Below are positions 12,522-22,491 of a stretch of DNA of 64,000 bases, in pieces. A program made the translations under genes and the position numbers. The stretch is from Patescibacteria group bacterium. Lineage in GTDB: Bacteria; Patescibacteriota; Patescibacteriia; UBA9934; GWF2-40-263. Location of the stretch: the NCBI GenBank assembly GCA_041661745.1, contig JBAZTR010000005.1, forward strand, positions 3,283 through 67,282, read 5' to 3'. The number at the start of each line of letters is the position of its first letter. Position 1 is the stretch's first letter. The notes beneath the pieces are model-generated. The model was given only the letters and a program-made list of their open reading frames with translations, was not told the DNA's origin and ran no database searches.

Positions 12522-12620
12522 TAGCTTGTAGCTGGTAGGAGGTAGCTTGTAGGGTTGCTTGGTTTGAATTATTCCAAACCGGCAAATCCTACAAGCTACA
12601 AGCTACTTCCTACAAGCTGG
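12522..12620. repeat. Inverted arrays of TAGCTTG/CTACAAG heptamers
   Basis: tagcttg-tagctgg-taggagg-tagcttg facing ctacaag-ctacaag-ctacttc-ctacaag; 28 bp identical to 37376-37403. Confidence 0.8.
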
Positions 12621-13130
12621 TTACAAACTATTAATAATTACTTTCGCCGGACAAACCACTTTTCCGTCCACCTTCCAGCCGCGGCGGACAACTTCCAACA
12701 CGATTCCATCTTCACGCTCTTCCTCGCGTCGACTGCCGGCGGATTCGTGAAGTTCGGGATTGAATTTTTCACCGGTGCCATCGAATGATTCAGCTCCCAA
12801 ATCTTTGAGAGCGACTTCGAGTTGGGCTTTAATTTGCAGCGCCCCGGCAATCCATTTATCTGCGGCTTCGTCGTCAGTGTGTGGACGGTGTTTACCGGCG
12901 GCGTCGAAATTATTCATGATTGGCAGAAGCGAGATTAAAAGTTCAACCGTGGTGGCCCGACGCATTTCGCCACGTTCGCGCGATAAATCTTTTTTTAAAT
13001 TGTCGTAGTCGGCCAGTGCCCGTTTCCAGCCGGCAAGATATTCATCGCGTTGGCTTTCTGTCTGAGAGGCTTGAGAGGCTGGAGATGCCGGAGAGGCATT
13101 TTGTTTTTCTTCTTCTTTTTTGTCTGTCAT
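12621..13130 (-). CDS. grpE: Nucleotide exchange factor GrpE
   Basis: RALADYDNLKK, FNPELHES, GWKVDGKVVCPAKV; operon position. Confidence 0.93.
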   Translation of the reverse strand: MTDKKEEEKQNASPASPASQASQTESQRDEYLAGWKRALADYDNLKKDLSRERGEMRRATTVELLISLLPIMNNFDAAGKHRPHTDDEAADKWIAGALQIKAQLEVALKDLGAESFDGTGEKFNPELHESAGSRREEEREDGIVLEVVRRGWKVDGKVVCPAKVIINSL

Positions 13131-13167
13131 AAAATAAATTAATTTTTTACAAAGCCTTTCCGGCCTT

Positions 13168-13884
13168 TCAGTCCTTTCCGGCCTCTCCAGCATCAAGATC
13201 CAACAATTCTTTTGCCTCCTCAATCAACGCGATATTTTTTTCGTAATCCATGCGGAGCGGCCCAAGCAGGCCGAGGAAACCGGTAACTTTGTTTGGCAAC
13301 TGATATTTAACAAGAATTGCCGCCATGTCTTCGCCAAAAGGATTTTCTTTACCAATCATGACTTGCGGTTCAGACGAAATGGAGTCGAAAATCTCCCCAG
13401 CCACATCGTCGAAGCGATCGACAATGGACGACAAATTGCGCAAGACTTCAAGATCGCGAAATTCCGGTTTTTGGAAAAGGTTAGCCACCCCGGTGTAAAA
13501 ACTGCGGCGCGGATCGAAAGCGACAATGGCGGTTTCGCCGGAAAGGTCAACCAACTTTCTGGCCAGTGAACGCAAAGCGTCTTCGCCATCAAACGCCCCG
13601 ACCATGGACTGACGCAACTTGGCACTGCCACGATTAGCATGTTTGGACGGAACAAAGTTGCGCAAATAGAATTCGTAAGCCTTCTCAGTCGGCACGCGGC
13701 CAGCTGAAGCGTGCGGCGAGCGCAAGTAACCCTCATCCTCCAACACCATCATTTCGTTGCGAATAGTGGCCGGCGAAACGTCGAAACCGCAATTTTCACA
13801 AAGATACTTTGAACCAACCGGCTCAGCCGTTCGGACATATTCTTCAATTATGGCGCGCAAAATGCGCTGGCAACGTTCGTCCAT
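13168..13884 (-). CDS. hrcA: Heat-inducible transcription repressor HrcA (short form)
   Basis: EPVGSK, SPATIRNEM, PHASAGRVPT, GPLRMDY. Confidence 0.95.
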   Translation of the reverse strand: MDERCQRILRAIIEEYVRTAEPVGSKYLCENCGFDVSPATIRNEMMVLEDEGYLRSPHASAGRVPTEKAYEFYLRNFVPSKHANRGSAKLRQSMVGAFDGEDALRSLARKLVDLSGETAIVAFDPRRSFYTGVANLFQKPEFRDLEVLRNLSSIVDRFDDVAGEIFDSISSEPQVMIGKENPFGEDMAAILVKYQLPNKVTGFLGLLGPLRMDYEKNIALIEEAKELLDLDAGEAGKD

Positions 13885-13894
13885 AAATTAAAAA

Positions 13895-13934
13895 CTAGCA
13901 CTCCCTATTATAGAGTGCTAATTTATAGTGTCAA
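13895..13934 (-). promoter_or_regulatory. CIRCE operator overlapping the hrcA promoter
   Basis: cTAGCACTC-N9-GAGTGCTAA at 13895-13921; TATAAT lies in the CIRCE spacer and TTGACA at 13934-13929. Confidence 0.93.
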
Positions 13935-13964
13935 GGCCTTTTTAAGCCGCAATTTTTTAGATCC

Positions 13965-15218
13965 TTATTTCCCTGTCCTTTCGGCGAGTTCCTTAGCGCG
14001 GGCTTGGGCTTCGGAAATTTTTTCAGGCGAGGCCACCGAATCCCTAAAAAGTATTCTTTTCATCTTACCAAGAAGCCCTTGCGGTCGCGCCGGCGGTCTG
14101 ACTGGCGCGATTTCTACTTTTTTCTCTCCCGGTACTTCAATAGCAACCGCGGTAATGTCGTCTGATTTGCGGCGCATATTATACGGGTCACGCGAAGCGT
14201 CTAATGCGGTGTCTCGCAAATTTTCCAGTTGAGCTTGTAGATTGTCTCCCTTCATGGCCTTACCGATTTTTCTAGTGGGCAAATTATCAGACACGCCATC
14301 GGAAACAAGAATAATACGATCGCCTTTTCTAAGATTGGGAACAAAAGCGGTGTGAACAGCAAAGTCTTTTCTAAAAGTCAGATCCTCTTTACTCATTCCA
14401 ACCATTTGCGTTACCTTGCTTCGAAAATGTCCGTCAAAATACAATTTGAAAGCGCGGACGGTTTGGACTAATCGCAACAGACGCCGATCTTCAAGTGAGT
14501 TCTTTTTTGTCTTTTTAAGATCAGGTATGGCTTTTTCAATTTCTTCCCCGTTGTTCACAACAGCTATTCTAAACGCCTCCAAAATCTGATGATCAGTGCC
14601 AAAATTTTTCCTCAATAATTCCGCGGCAAAATCAGCGCCCCCGGTTGCTTCGGAAATCAATTCAGCGGCCTCAAGATCGATAATATCTTTCTTAACCCAT
14701 AAGTCCAGCATGCCGTCATCTTCCATTTTTACCCGCTCGATTGTTCCATCGGCGCGTTGAATAAAAGCCTGCGAATCGCCGACACTTTTAATTATAGCTT
14801 GGCAACCGCTCGGAGTTTCCAACATTCTAGCTATCATTAATGTGGCTGAGGCAGTTTTTCCGCCGGGTGAAGTTAATTTTTTGGAAAACTTTTCGCCCTC
14901 CTCAATTATTTTACGAAATTCGGCTTCCATGGATCTGTTTAATTCGTCCAAATTTCGGCCAACCATGTGTGGCGCGGCCTCACGTGCCAAACGTACAGCC
15001 TCGCGGCTCATCTTTTCACCAGATTCTTGACCACCGGCGCCATCGGACAAAATAATCAAACCGTTTTCCGCGTCAACAAAAGAAGCGTCTTCATTACGTT
15101 CAGGATGTTTTTCCGAAGCTCTGGTGGCCTCGGCCGTAACAAAAGGAATATGCTCGCGTTCTCTTTGCTCGGTTTTGATAGGTGGATGATAAGACCTTCT
15201 GTCTTCTAAGGATGACAT
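13965..15218 (-). CDS. PP2C/PPM-family phosphatase domain protein (paralog 1)
   Basis: RNED, LSDGAGG, VGDS, VSDGVSDNL, DDITAV. Confidence 0.8.
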   Translation of the reverse strand: MSSLEDRRSYHPPIKTEQREREHIPFVTAEATRASEKHPERNEDASFVDAENGLIILSDGAGGQESGEKMSREAVRLAREAAPHMVGRNLDELNRSMEAEFRKIIEEGEKFSKKLTSPGGKTASATLMIARMLETPSGCQAIIKSVGDSQAFIQRADGTIERVKMEDDGMLDLWVKKDIIDLEAAELISEATGGADFAAELLRKNFGTDHQILEAFRIAVVNNGEEIEKAIPDLKKTKKNSLEDRRLLRLVQTVRAFKLYFDGHFRSKVTQMVGMSKEDLTFRKDFAVHTAFVPNLRKGDRIILVSDGVSDNLPTRKIGKAMKGDNLQAQLENLRDTALDASRDPYNMRRKSDDITAVAIEVPGEKKVEIAPVRPPARPQGLLGKMKRILFRDSVASPEKISEAQARAKELAERTGK

Positions 15219-15222
15219 AATA

Positions 15223-16449
15223 TTAGCTAACTTTTTCTAATTCTTTGGTTTCATTACTTCCTTTGGCAAGGCCCAGAGCGCGGGCTTGGGCTTCAGAAAT
15301 TTCAGCTGGAAGAGCTGCTGCGGATTTCCTTGTCAGTATGCCTCTTAGCCGCCCAAAAAAACTGGACGAGGGGGCCGGAGATTTAGCTGGTGTTGTTTCA
15401 ACTATTGCCGCTTCCGGCACTTCAATACCAATCGATGTTATATCATCGGCCTTGTGCCGCATATGGTTCTGGTCGCGTGAGCGAGCCAGGGCAGTGTCTC
15501 GCAAATTTTCCAACTGATCTTGAAAATCGGTACCAACAGCGGCCGCATCAATTTGTTCGGTATTTAAATTATCAGACACGCCGTCAGAAACAAGAAAAAG
15601 CCGATCGCCCGGACGCAAATTGGCAACAATGGCAGTATGAATAACGAACTCCCCACCCTCCATTTGTTTTCTGTCCGCCCCAACCGATTGAGTCACGGCA
15701 CCACGTTTCTCGTTGGAAAAATATCGTTTAAAAGCGGTTACAATTTGAAACAGCAGCAAATTTTCTTTTCTTAAATCATCTGAGTTCGCGTCTAAATCCC
15801 ACAAACCCATGCCAAAAAATTTAGTTATTTGTTCCACGGAACCAAAATTACGTGCCAATAATTCAGCAGAAAAACTGTTTACATCAGTTGCTTCGGAAAT
15901 TAAGTTAGCCACTTCTGGCGAAAATCTTTGCATTTCCACCAGTAAGTTTAAATAGCCGTCTTCAAATAATTCAACTTTTTCAAGTTGCCCGTTAGCCCGT
16001 TTAATATAGGCGCGCGAGTCGCCAAGACCCTTAACAACGGCACTATAACGGCCGTTGACTTCAATTAGTTTGGCTAAAATTAAAGTGGCCATGGCCTCTT
16101 TACTGCCCTTGGGGGTAAGTTGCCTAGAAATTTTTTCACCTTTTTTAAGTATGAGATTAATTTCTGCATCCATGGCCTGGCTTAGCTCGTCGATTGTATT
16201 GCCAGTCATGCGTGGAGCGCTTTCCTTAACAAGTTGAATGGTGGCCCGACTCATTTTATCACCAGAAGCATGACCGCCAGCACCATCAGACAAAGCAACC
16301 AAGCCGTTTTCAGCGTCAGAAAAAGTGGAATCTTCGTTTCTATCAGGATGTTTTTCCGAGGCAATGGTGGTTTCAGCTGTAACAAAACGTCGTTGTTCGC
16401 GTTTTTCACGAACCATGGTTGGACTGAAAAAAAATTCTGGGCTAGCCAT
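15223..16449 (-). CDS. PP2C/PPM-family phosphatase domain protein (paralog 2)
   Basis: RNED, LSDGAGG, LGDSRAY, VSDGVSDNL, DDITSI. Confidence 0.8.
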   Translation of the reverse strand: MASPEFFFSPTMVREKREQRRFVTAETTIASEKHPDRNEDSTFSDAENGLVALSDGAGGHASGDKMSRATIQLVKESAPRMTGNTIDELSQAMDAEINLILKKGEKISRQLTPKGSKEAMATLILAKLIEVNGRYSAVVKGLGDSRAYIKRANGQLEKVELFEDGYLNLLVEMQRFSPEVANLISEATDVNSFSAELLARNFGSVEQITKFFGMGLWDLDANSDDLRKENLLLFQIVTAFKRYFSNEKRGAVTQSVGADRKQMEGGEFVIHTAIVANLRPGDRLFLVSDGVSDNLNTEQIDAAAVGTDFQDQLENLRDTALARSRDQNHMRHKADDITSIGIEVPEAAIVETTPAKSPAPSSSFFGRLRGILTRKSAAALPAEISEAQARALGLAKGSNETKELEKVS

Positions 16450-16493
16450 ACAAAATAAATTTTACCAAAAAAATTGACCGCTGGAAAGAGCGA

Positions 16494-16895
16494 TCAAAGA
16501 AGGTCAACGACACAAGCGGCCGCCGAGGTCGCGAGGACAGCATGCCGGCCATCGTCCAGCTCGGGAAAGTCCTCCTCTTCCGAACCGCTGAGGAGATGCG
16601 TCCGAATCCGTACAGCACATCCGTACCGAGCCTGCTTAAACTGGGAAACCTCGTGTCGCTCGATCCAGCCGTCACGCGACACGACGAACTGTAGGCCGGC
16701 TATCCAGTCGGCCGACATTTCTACCCCGAAAGCGACGACGAAGAAAGTCAGCGTGCCGTCGTCATTACGGCTCATCGCCACGCTTTCGATGCTGTCGAAC
16801 AGGTAGAAGTCGAACGCTTCCTGGTTCAGGAAGGTGATGTTGCCAACGGAGATGGTTTCCCTTCTCCGTTGACGACGCAACGAGAAGGGATCCAT
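16494..16895 (-). CDS. Hypothetical protein; GC-rich cassette 2
   Basis: GGAGA SD, C/G-ending codons, promoter TTGACA(16953-16948)-17-TAAGGT, leader TGTTCCTTCCA. Confidence 0.6.
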   Translation of the reverse strand: MDPFSLRRQRRRETISVGNITFLNQEAFDFYLFDSIESVAMSRNDDGTLTFFVVAFGVEMSADWIAGLQFVVSRDGWIERHEVSQFKQARYGCAVRIRTHLLSGSEEEDFPELDDGRHAVLATSAAACVVDLL

Positions 16896-16939
16896 GGTGT
16901 CTCCGGGGGTGGAAGGAACAACGCACCTTAGCCTTATTT

Positions 16940-18634
16940 TCAGTCCGTGTCAAGGCCAATGTCTTCATCGGCCTCTTTTTTACCGGTTTTCTTTATCTTC
17001 TCCCATTGTTTAGCCTTATCTTTATTGCGCCGCAAGAGTTCACTAAAACGCTCGGCTCCCAAAATACTGGGGACAATTACATAGGCCGCCCCGGCCGTAT
17101 AACATTCTAAAGCTTCTTCGGCTGACCGCGCCGCGACAATGGCCGTGCCTTTAAATTTTTCTTCACGCAAATAAGTTAACAATTCCAAGCTGGTGGTGAC
17201 ATCGGGAATAGTGGAAAGAATTAGTCGTGTTTTTTCAGCACGCAGTTCTTTAAGAAAATCTTCGTCGCCAGCATCGCCGTAAATTGCCGGAATTCTTTTT
17301 GCTTTAAGTTCTTCGATTACATTAGGATCATAATCAACCACCAAATATTTGTGACCGATTTTCTTTACCTCATTCAACAAAACCTCGCCGGTACGATGAC
17401 AACCAAAAAGAATCGTGTTAGGCGAATTTAAAGTTCGCGCGCGCGCCGCGTGTCTAACACGACCGTTTTCCAAAAAGCGAAGAACCGGCCGCAACCATTC
17501 ATAAATTCGCTCGTTTTCTTTAACCAAGTAAGTCGAACCGGCAATGGTAATTAAACCAACGACCGTGGCCAAGGTAAGAGCCGCGGGAGAAACAAATCCC
17601 AGTGAAATGCCGGCCCCCAACATAATAAAAGAAAATTCCGAAACCTGAGCCGCCGTGGTACCGGTCAAAAAGCCGGTTTGGGGGTGGTAACCAAGAGCCC
17701 GCAAAACCAACATCATGATAATGGGATTACCAATAAGCACGTAAAGCGAAAAAATTATGATTGGCCAAAGCAAGGTTGAGGCCGTCGACAACTGAAGCTG
17801 CGAACCCAGAACGATAAAAAACAAAATTAAAAAGAAATCGCGAAGCGGTTTAATCCGCGCGTTAATTTCCCGCTCGTAGTGCGTTCCGGAAAGAGCGACA
17901 CCGGCAATAAGCGCGCCAATTTCCACACCAAAACCAAAGTAATAAAGCAGGCCGGCCACGGTAAAACACCAACCCAATGAAAAAACCAACAAAAGTTCTT
18001 GTGATGACGCGGCAAACTTAACTAAATGTGGCACCACCTTGGCCGAAAGAAACCAAAAAACCACCACCACTACCAAACCCTTGGCCAACGATAACCATAA
18101 AATATCAATTGGTGTCTGGCCTTTCCCAACCGCTCCCAGCACCAACAAAATAATCATGGCCACCAAATCCTGTACGATCAAAAAACCGACAGCAATTTTT
18201 CCGTAAAGGGTATCAAGATCTTCCTTGTCCATGAGCATCTTAACAATGATGATGGTACTGGAAAAAGAAAAGGCAATGGAAATAAATAAACTGGTAGTGA
18301 TGTCAAAGCCCAAGGCGTGAGCAATAAGGAAACCAACAGCTGAAGTAAAAAATACTTGGCCCAAACCACTGGCCACGGCCACGGTGCCGACTTCCCTAAT
18401 GCGCCGCCAATTAAGACCCAAGCCAACGGTAAACAAAAGAAAAGCCACGCCTAATTTTCCCAAAGAATCTAAAACTTCGGTTTCGTGGGTTAAGGCCAAA
18501 AAAGCCGGACCAACTAAAATTCCGGCCACCAAGTAGGCAATTACCAACGGCTGTTTAAAAACCCTAACCAAAAAAGACAACGCCGCGGCAATGACAATTA
18601 CTCCACCAATCTGAAAAAATAAACTTTCTGGCAT
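16940..18634 (-). CDS. CPA2 cation:proton antiporter with TrkA-N domain (KefB/C-like)
   Basis: FLLFTVGL, SSTIIIVK, QDL, QVSEFSF, GDAGD NAD-binding domain. Confidence 0.9.
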   Translation of the reverse strand: MPESLFFQIGGVIVIAAALSFLVRVFKQPLVIAYLVAGILVGPAFLALTHETEVLDSLGKLGVAFLLFTVGLGLNWRRIREVGTVAVASGLGQVFFTSAVGFLIAHALGFDITTSLFISIAFSFSSTIIIVKMLMDKEDLDTLYGKIAVGFLIVQDLVAMIILLVLGAVGKGQTPIDILWLSLAKGLVVVVVFWFLSAKVVPHLVKFAASSQELLLVFSLGWCFTVAGLLYYFGFGVEIGALIAGVALSGTHYEREINARIKPLRDFFLILFFIVLGSQLQLSTASTLLWPIIIFSLYVLIGNPIIMMLVLRALGYHPQTGFLTGTTAAQVSEFSFIMLGAGISLGFVSPAALTLATVVGLITIAGSTYLVKENERIYEWLRPVLRFLENGRVRHAARARTLNSPNTILFGCHRTGEVLLNEVKKIGHKYLVVDYDPNVIEELKAKRIPAIYGDAGDEDFLKELRAEKTRLILSTIPDVTTSLELLTYLREEKFKGTAIVAARSAEEALECYTAGAAYVIVPSILGAERFSELLRRNKDKAKQWEKIKKTGKKEADEDIGLDTD

Positions 18635-18792
18635 ATCCTCCTTTTGATTGAATTTATTATAGCACAAAAAAATATTAGATTGAATAAATTATTTGTCGGA
18701 TAAATCCAGACAAGTTGCGTGTTGCCACTTTTGGCTAAGAATAGTACAGTTTTCTTACAACAAAAAATATTGTAATTATTTTTTTGACTGAT

Positions 18793-19548
18793 ATGAAGAC
18801 GAATATTAATCTAAAACCACAGACCCTTGAACTTTTGGGGTTAAAAGCCAAGGATCTTGATGTCTATCTGGCCGTCTTAAAACTGGGTTCGGCCCCGCTC
18901 CGTCGGGTGGCCGAGGCCTCTGGTTACAATCGCGGCACCTCATACGATGCTATCAAGCGTTTAATCGCCGCCGGACTTATAAGCTATGTCGATGCCAAAC
19001 CGCATCGTTACTTCACGGCCGAAGATCCGCAAAAGCTTCGGGGTCTGGCCACCCGTCGCGAAGTAGCCCTTCAAGAAGCGCGACAACAACTCGATTCCCT
19101 TCTCCCGGATTTTCAGGCCTTGGCCGGCTCGGCGACATATCGTCCGACAGTACGTTATTACGAAGGCAAGGATGGCATAAAAGATATTTTAAAAGATGTT
19201 TTAAAAACCACCGAACGAACAAAAAACAAAACTTATCGCATTTATTCTTCGTCAAAATTACGAGAACTTATTGCCGCGGCGTGGCCAAGCTTTCTTAAAA
19301 CTCGCATTGAGCTCGGCGTTCACGTCAAAGCCATTTCCATCGGACCGGGTGGTGAAACCGCCGGACTTGATGAAAGAAAATGGTTAAGCAAAGAAAAAAG
19401 TTCATCGGCTTATATTTTCATCTATGGCAAAAAAACCGCTTACGTTTCGGCTGACGAATTCAACAAATTATTCGGAGCGATTATTGATGATGAAAATATT
19501 ACTTCGTCACAGACTATGATTTTTGACGCTTTGTGGAAATCACTTTAA
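18793..19548 (+). CDS. TrmB-family transcriptional regulator
   Basis: LGL...VYLAVLKLG...RGTSYDAIKRL wHTH; VRYYEGKDGI; FDALW end. Confidence 0.85.
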   Translation: MKTNINLKPQTLELLGLKAKDLDVYLAVLKLGSAPLRRVAEASGYNRGTSYDAIKRLIAAGLISYVDAKPHRYFTAEDPQKLRGLATRREVALQEARQQLDSLLPDFQALAGSATYRPTVRYYEGKDGIKDILKDVLKTTERTKNKTYRIYSSSKLRELIAAAWPSFLKTRIELGVHVKAISIGPGGETAGLDERKWLSKEKSSSAYIFIYGKKTAYVSADEFNKLFGAIIDDENITSSQTMIFDALWKSL

Positions 19549-19564
19549 CTCACAAAAAAACAAT

Positions 19565-21394
19565 ATGTGTGGAATAATCGGCTACATTGGTCCTAGAAAA
19601 AACATTGTAAAAGACATTATCTTACCCGGACTAACTGCCCTCGAAGAACGCGGTTATGATTCGGCCGGTGTTTGTTCATTAAATAATGGCGAATTAAAAT
19701 TAGTTAAAACTGTTGGCAAGCTCGAAGCTTTGCGCGGCCACGAAGGTTTGGAACAAATGAATGAGGCTGATGTGGCTATTGGCCACACGCGCTGGGCCAC
19801 TCATGGCGGCGTGACCGTGCCTAACACTCACCCGCATACCGACTGCTCGGGCGAATTGGCAATTGTTCATAATGGCATTATTGAAAATTATCTTGAGCTA
19901 AAAAAAGAATTGGAAAATTCCGGCCACACCTTTCGTTCGGAAACCGATTCCGAAGTTGTGGCCCATTTAATTGAGCAGGCTTTAACTGATGGCACACAAA
20001 CGCTTGAAGTGGCCGTAACTACAGCTGTCGGAAAAATGCGCGGTACCTGGGGACTGGCGGTTTTAAGCAAACGTTTCCCCAAAGAAATTGTCGTGGCTCG
20101 TCATGGTAGCCCAATTTTAATCGGCCTGGGACAAGATGAAATTTTCGTCGCCTCGCTCGAAGATGCTTTCACTTCTTTTACCAAAAGATTTTTTGTTTTG
20201 CCCGAAGGAAAAGTTTGTACTATACACGCCGATGGTTGTGGGGAAATTGCCGAAACTATTTTAACTGCCGACAGCGACGAACAAGTTACAGCCGCTCCGT
20301 TTCCTCATTTCATGTTAAAAGAAATTCACGAACAACCCGAAACTATTCTTAGAGCTTTAAATAATGGCGGACGTTTATTTTTAGAAGACGGCTCGGCCAA
20401 ACTTGGCGGCTTAGAAGGACGAAAGCAGGAATTGTTATCAACCAAACATCTGCGTTCAGTCGCTTGCGGCACAGCTAAATACGCGTCTGAACTTGGCGGC
20501 TGGTGGCTAACCAAATACGGCGGCTTTGACACAGTTGTGACTGAAGCGGCCTCAGAGGCCAGGCCAGCCCATTACCCGGCGGCCACGGCGGTTTTAGCCG
20601 TCAGTCAGTCCGGTGAAACTCACGACACCTTACAAAAAATAAAAGAAGCCAAGGAACTTGGCCATAATGTTTTTTCCATTATCAATCGCGTTGGTAAAGC
20701 CATTGCCCGGGAAACCGGTTGCGGGGTTTACACTAATGCCGGGCCAGAAAAAGCCGTGGCTTCGACTAAAGTTTTTTTGGCGCAATCAACAATCTTCTTG
20801 TTGTTAACTTTGTGGTTTGGCCGAGGCCGCGAAAAAATTAATAAAGATTTTGGCCGGGCTTTGGGACGGGCCCTCCTTGCTTTGTCCGAAGATGTTCGAC
20901 GAACAATTAATAAAACCGACGAAGCCGCGCGCCGCATTGGCAATGACATATCACAAAAACCCAATGCTTATTTTATTGGGCGCAATGCCGGAGCGATGGT
21001 GGCCAAGGAAGGAGCGCTTAAATTAAAAGAAGTCGCCTATATTCACGCCGAAGCATATGAAGCCGGCGAACTTAAACACGGGGCCATTGCTTTGATTGAA
21101 GAAAATTTTCCGGTGATTGGAATTATTTTGTCCGAAGACGAAAAAGACGCCATGATTAGCAACCTGACCGAGGTCAAAGCGCGCGGCGCCAAAACCATTG
21201 TCATCACTCCGGAAAGTTTAAATGTGCCAGCCACGGCGGCCGATGAAGTAATTCACTTCCCTGACGCGCATTCTATGACAGCACCACTTTTGGCAGTTAT
21301 CCCCCTGCAACTTCTGGCTTATTACACGGCCGTGGCTCGCGGCTTTAATCCGGATCGACCAAGAAATTTAGCTAAAAGCGTAACCGTTGGTTAA
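19565..21394 (+). CDS. glmS: Glutamine-fructose-6-phosphate transaminase
   Basis: MCGIIGY, GHTRWATHG, SQSGET, PRNLAKSVTV. Confidence 0.97.
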   Translation: MCGIIGYIGPRKNIVKDIILPGLTALEERGYDSAGVCSLNNGELKLVKTVGKLEALRGHEGLEQMNEADVAIGHTRWATHGGVTVPNTHPHTDCSGELAIVHNGIIENYLELKKELENSGHTFRSETDSEVVAHLIEQALTDGTQTLEVAVTTAVGKMRGTWGLAVLSKRFPKEIVVARHGSPILIGLGQDEIFVASLEDAFTSFTKRFFVLPEGKVCTIHADGCGEIAETILTADSDEQVTAAPFPHFMLKEIHEQPETILRALNNGGRLFLEDGSAKLGGLEGRKQELLSTKHLRSVACGTAKYASELGGWWLTKYGGFDTVVTEAASEARPAHYPAATAVLAVSQSGETHDTLQKIKEAKELGHNVFSIINRVGKAIARETGCGVYTNAGPEKAVASTKVFLAQSTIFLLLTLWFGRGREKINKDFGRALGRALLALSEDVRRTINKTDEAARRIGNDISQKPNAYFIGRNAGAMVAKEGALKLKEVAYIHAEAYEAGELKHGAIALIEENFPVIGIILSEDEKDAMISNLTEVKARGAKTIVITPESLNVPATAADEVIHFPDAHSMTAPLLAVIPLQLLAYYTAVARGFNPDRPRNLAKSVTVG

Positions 21395-21398
21395 AAAG

Positions 21399-21429
21399 AA
21401 AAAACCGGCTGAGGTCAGCCGGCTTTTTT
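21399..21429. terminator. Bidirectional terminator
   Basis: aaaaaaCCGGCTGA-gg-TCAGCCGGcttttt between convergent genes. Confidence 0.75.
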
Positions 21430-22491
21430 ATTTTCTTTTAGACTAAGGCCCACGGCCAGAATCAGACCCAGAAGACATAAAAGGCCAAAAGCAATTAATT
21501 TTTCTTTGCTTTGTAAAAATAAAGTTAAAACACCAAAACAACCGGCCACCACATAAAAAAACAAAACGGTTTTTCGTTCCGACAAACCGGCCAGCAACAA
21601 ACGATGATGCAAGTGAGTGCGATCACCGTGCACCGCGGCTTTAAGACCGCCTTGCAAAACCCGACGAGAAATAACAAAAACCAAATCAACAAGTGGAATA
21701 CCAATAACCAACAAAGCCGTGGCCAATTTGCCGCCAGAAATAACGGCCAGAGTGCCGATTAAAAATCCAACAAAGGTACTTCCCCCTTCCCCAAGAAAAA
21801 TTGAAGCCGGATGAAAATTAAAAACCAAAAAGCCAAGTAAGGCCCCGCATGAAATTACCGAAAGCAAAGCCACGTCGGGTTGAAAATATGCCGCGGTCAG
21901 CGACAAAGCCAAAATCATGAGCGTTCCAATGGAAGCGACGCCGGTGGCCAAACCGTCTAAGCCGTCCAAAAATTTCATTGTAAACATTACTACCATAAGC
22001 CAAACAAAAACCAAAAGATCCGATTGCCACGCGGCCAAATAAATTACCCCGCCAAAAGGATTGGTTAATTTTTCCACCTCAACCCCAAACAAAATAACGG
22101 TAAGAGCCGCCAGAACCGGAGCGATAATGGCAAATTTTGGCGGCAAAGAATATTTGTCATCAAAAAACCCGCCAATCATTAAAATCAAGCCACCTAAAAA
22201 GAAACCAAGATAATGTTGCCAACTAATTTCCCCACTGGTTAAAGCGTTAGAAACCAATAAAACAAAAAAGATCACCAAAACCAGTGGTGTAAAAATAGCT
22301 AAGCCACCAAAAAGCGGCGTGGGTTTGCTGTGCAGCTTGCGCGGCGCGGCCGGCAAATCAAGTAAACCAAAACGCGGGGCAAATTTTCGAACCAACCAAG
22401 TGGCCATTAGTGCCAAAACAAAAGACGCGACAAACCAAGGGGTCAAATAAATCGCGTCTTGAAAAATTATTTTTAGGAGTTCAACGCTCAT
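21415..22491 (-). CDS. MraY/WecA/TagO-family glycosyltransferase (family 4)
   Basis: P.FGGLAI, GFFDDK, FLDGLDGLA, FNFHPASIFLG, HLHHRLL. Confidence 0.9.
   Translation of the reverse strand: MSVELLKIIFQDAIYLTPWFVASFVLALMATWLVRKFAPRFGLLDLPAAPRKLHSKPTPLFGGLAIFTPLVLVIFFVLLVSNALTSGEISWQHYLGFFLGGLILMIGGFFDDKYSLPPKFAIIAPVLAALTVILFGVEVEKLTNPFGGVIYLAAWQSDLLVFVWLMVVMFTMKFLDGLDGLATGVASIGTLMILALSLTAAYFQPDVALLSVISCGALLGFLVFNFHPASIFLGEGGSTFVGFLIGTLAVISGGKLATALLVIGIPLVDLVFVISRRVLQGGLKAAVHGDRTHLHHRLLLAGLSERKTVLFFYVVAGCFGVLTLFLQSKEKLIAFGLLCLLGLILAVGLSLKENKKAG

Noticed and set aside
12522-12620. CRISPR-like repeats
   Set aside because: Heptamer tandem units without unique spacers, and no cas genes.
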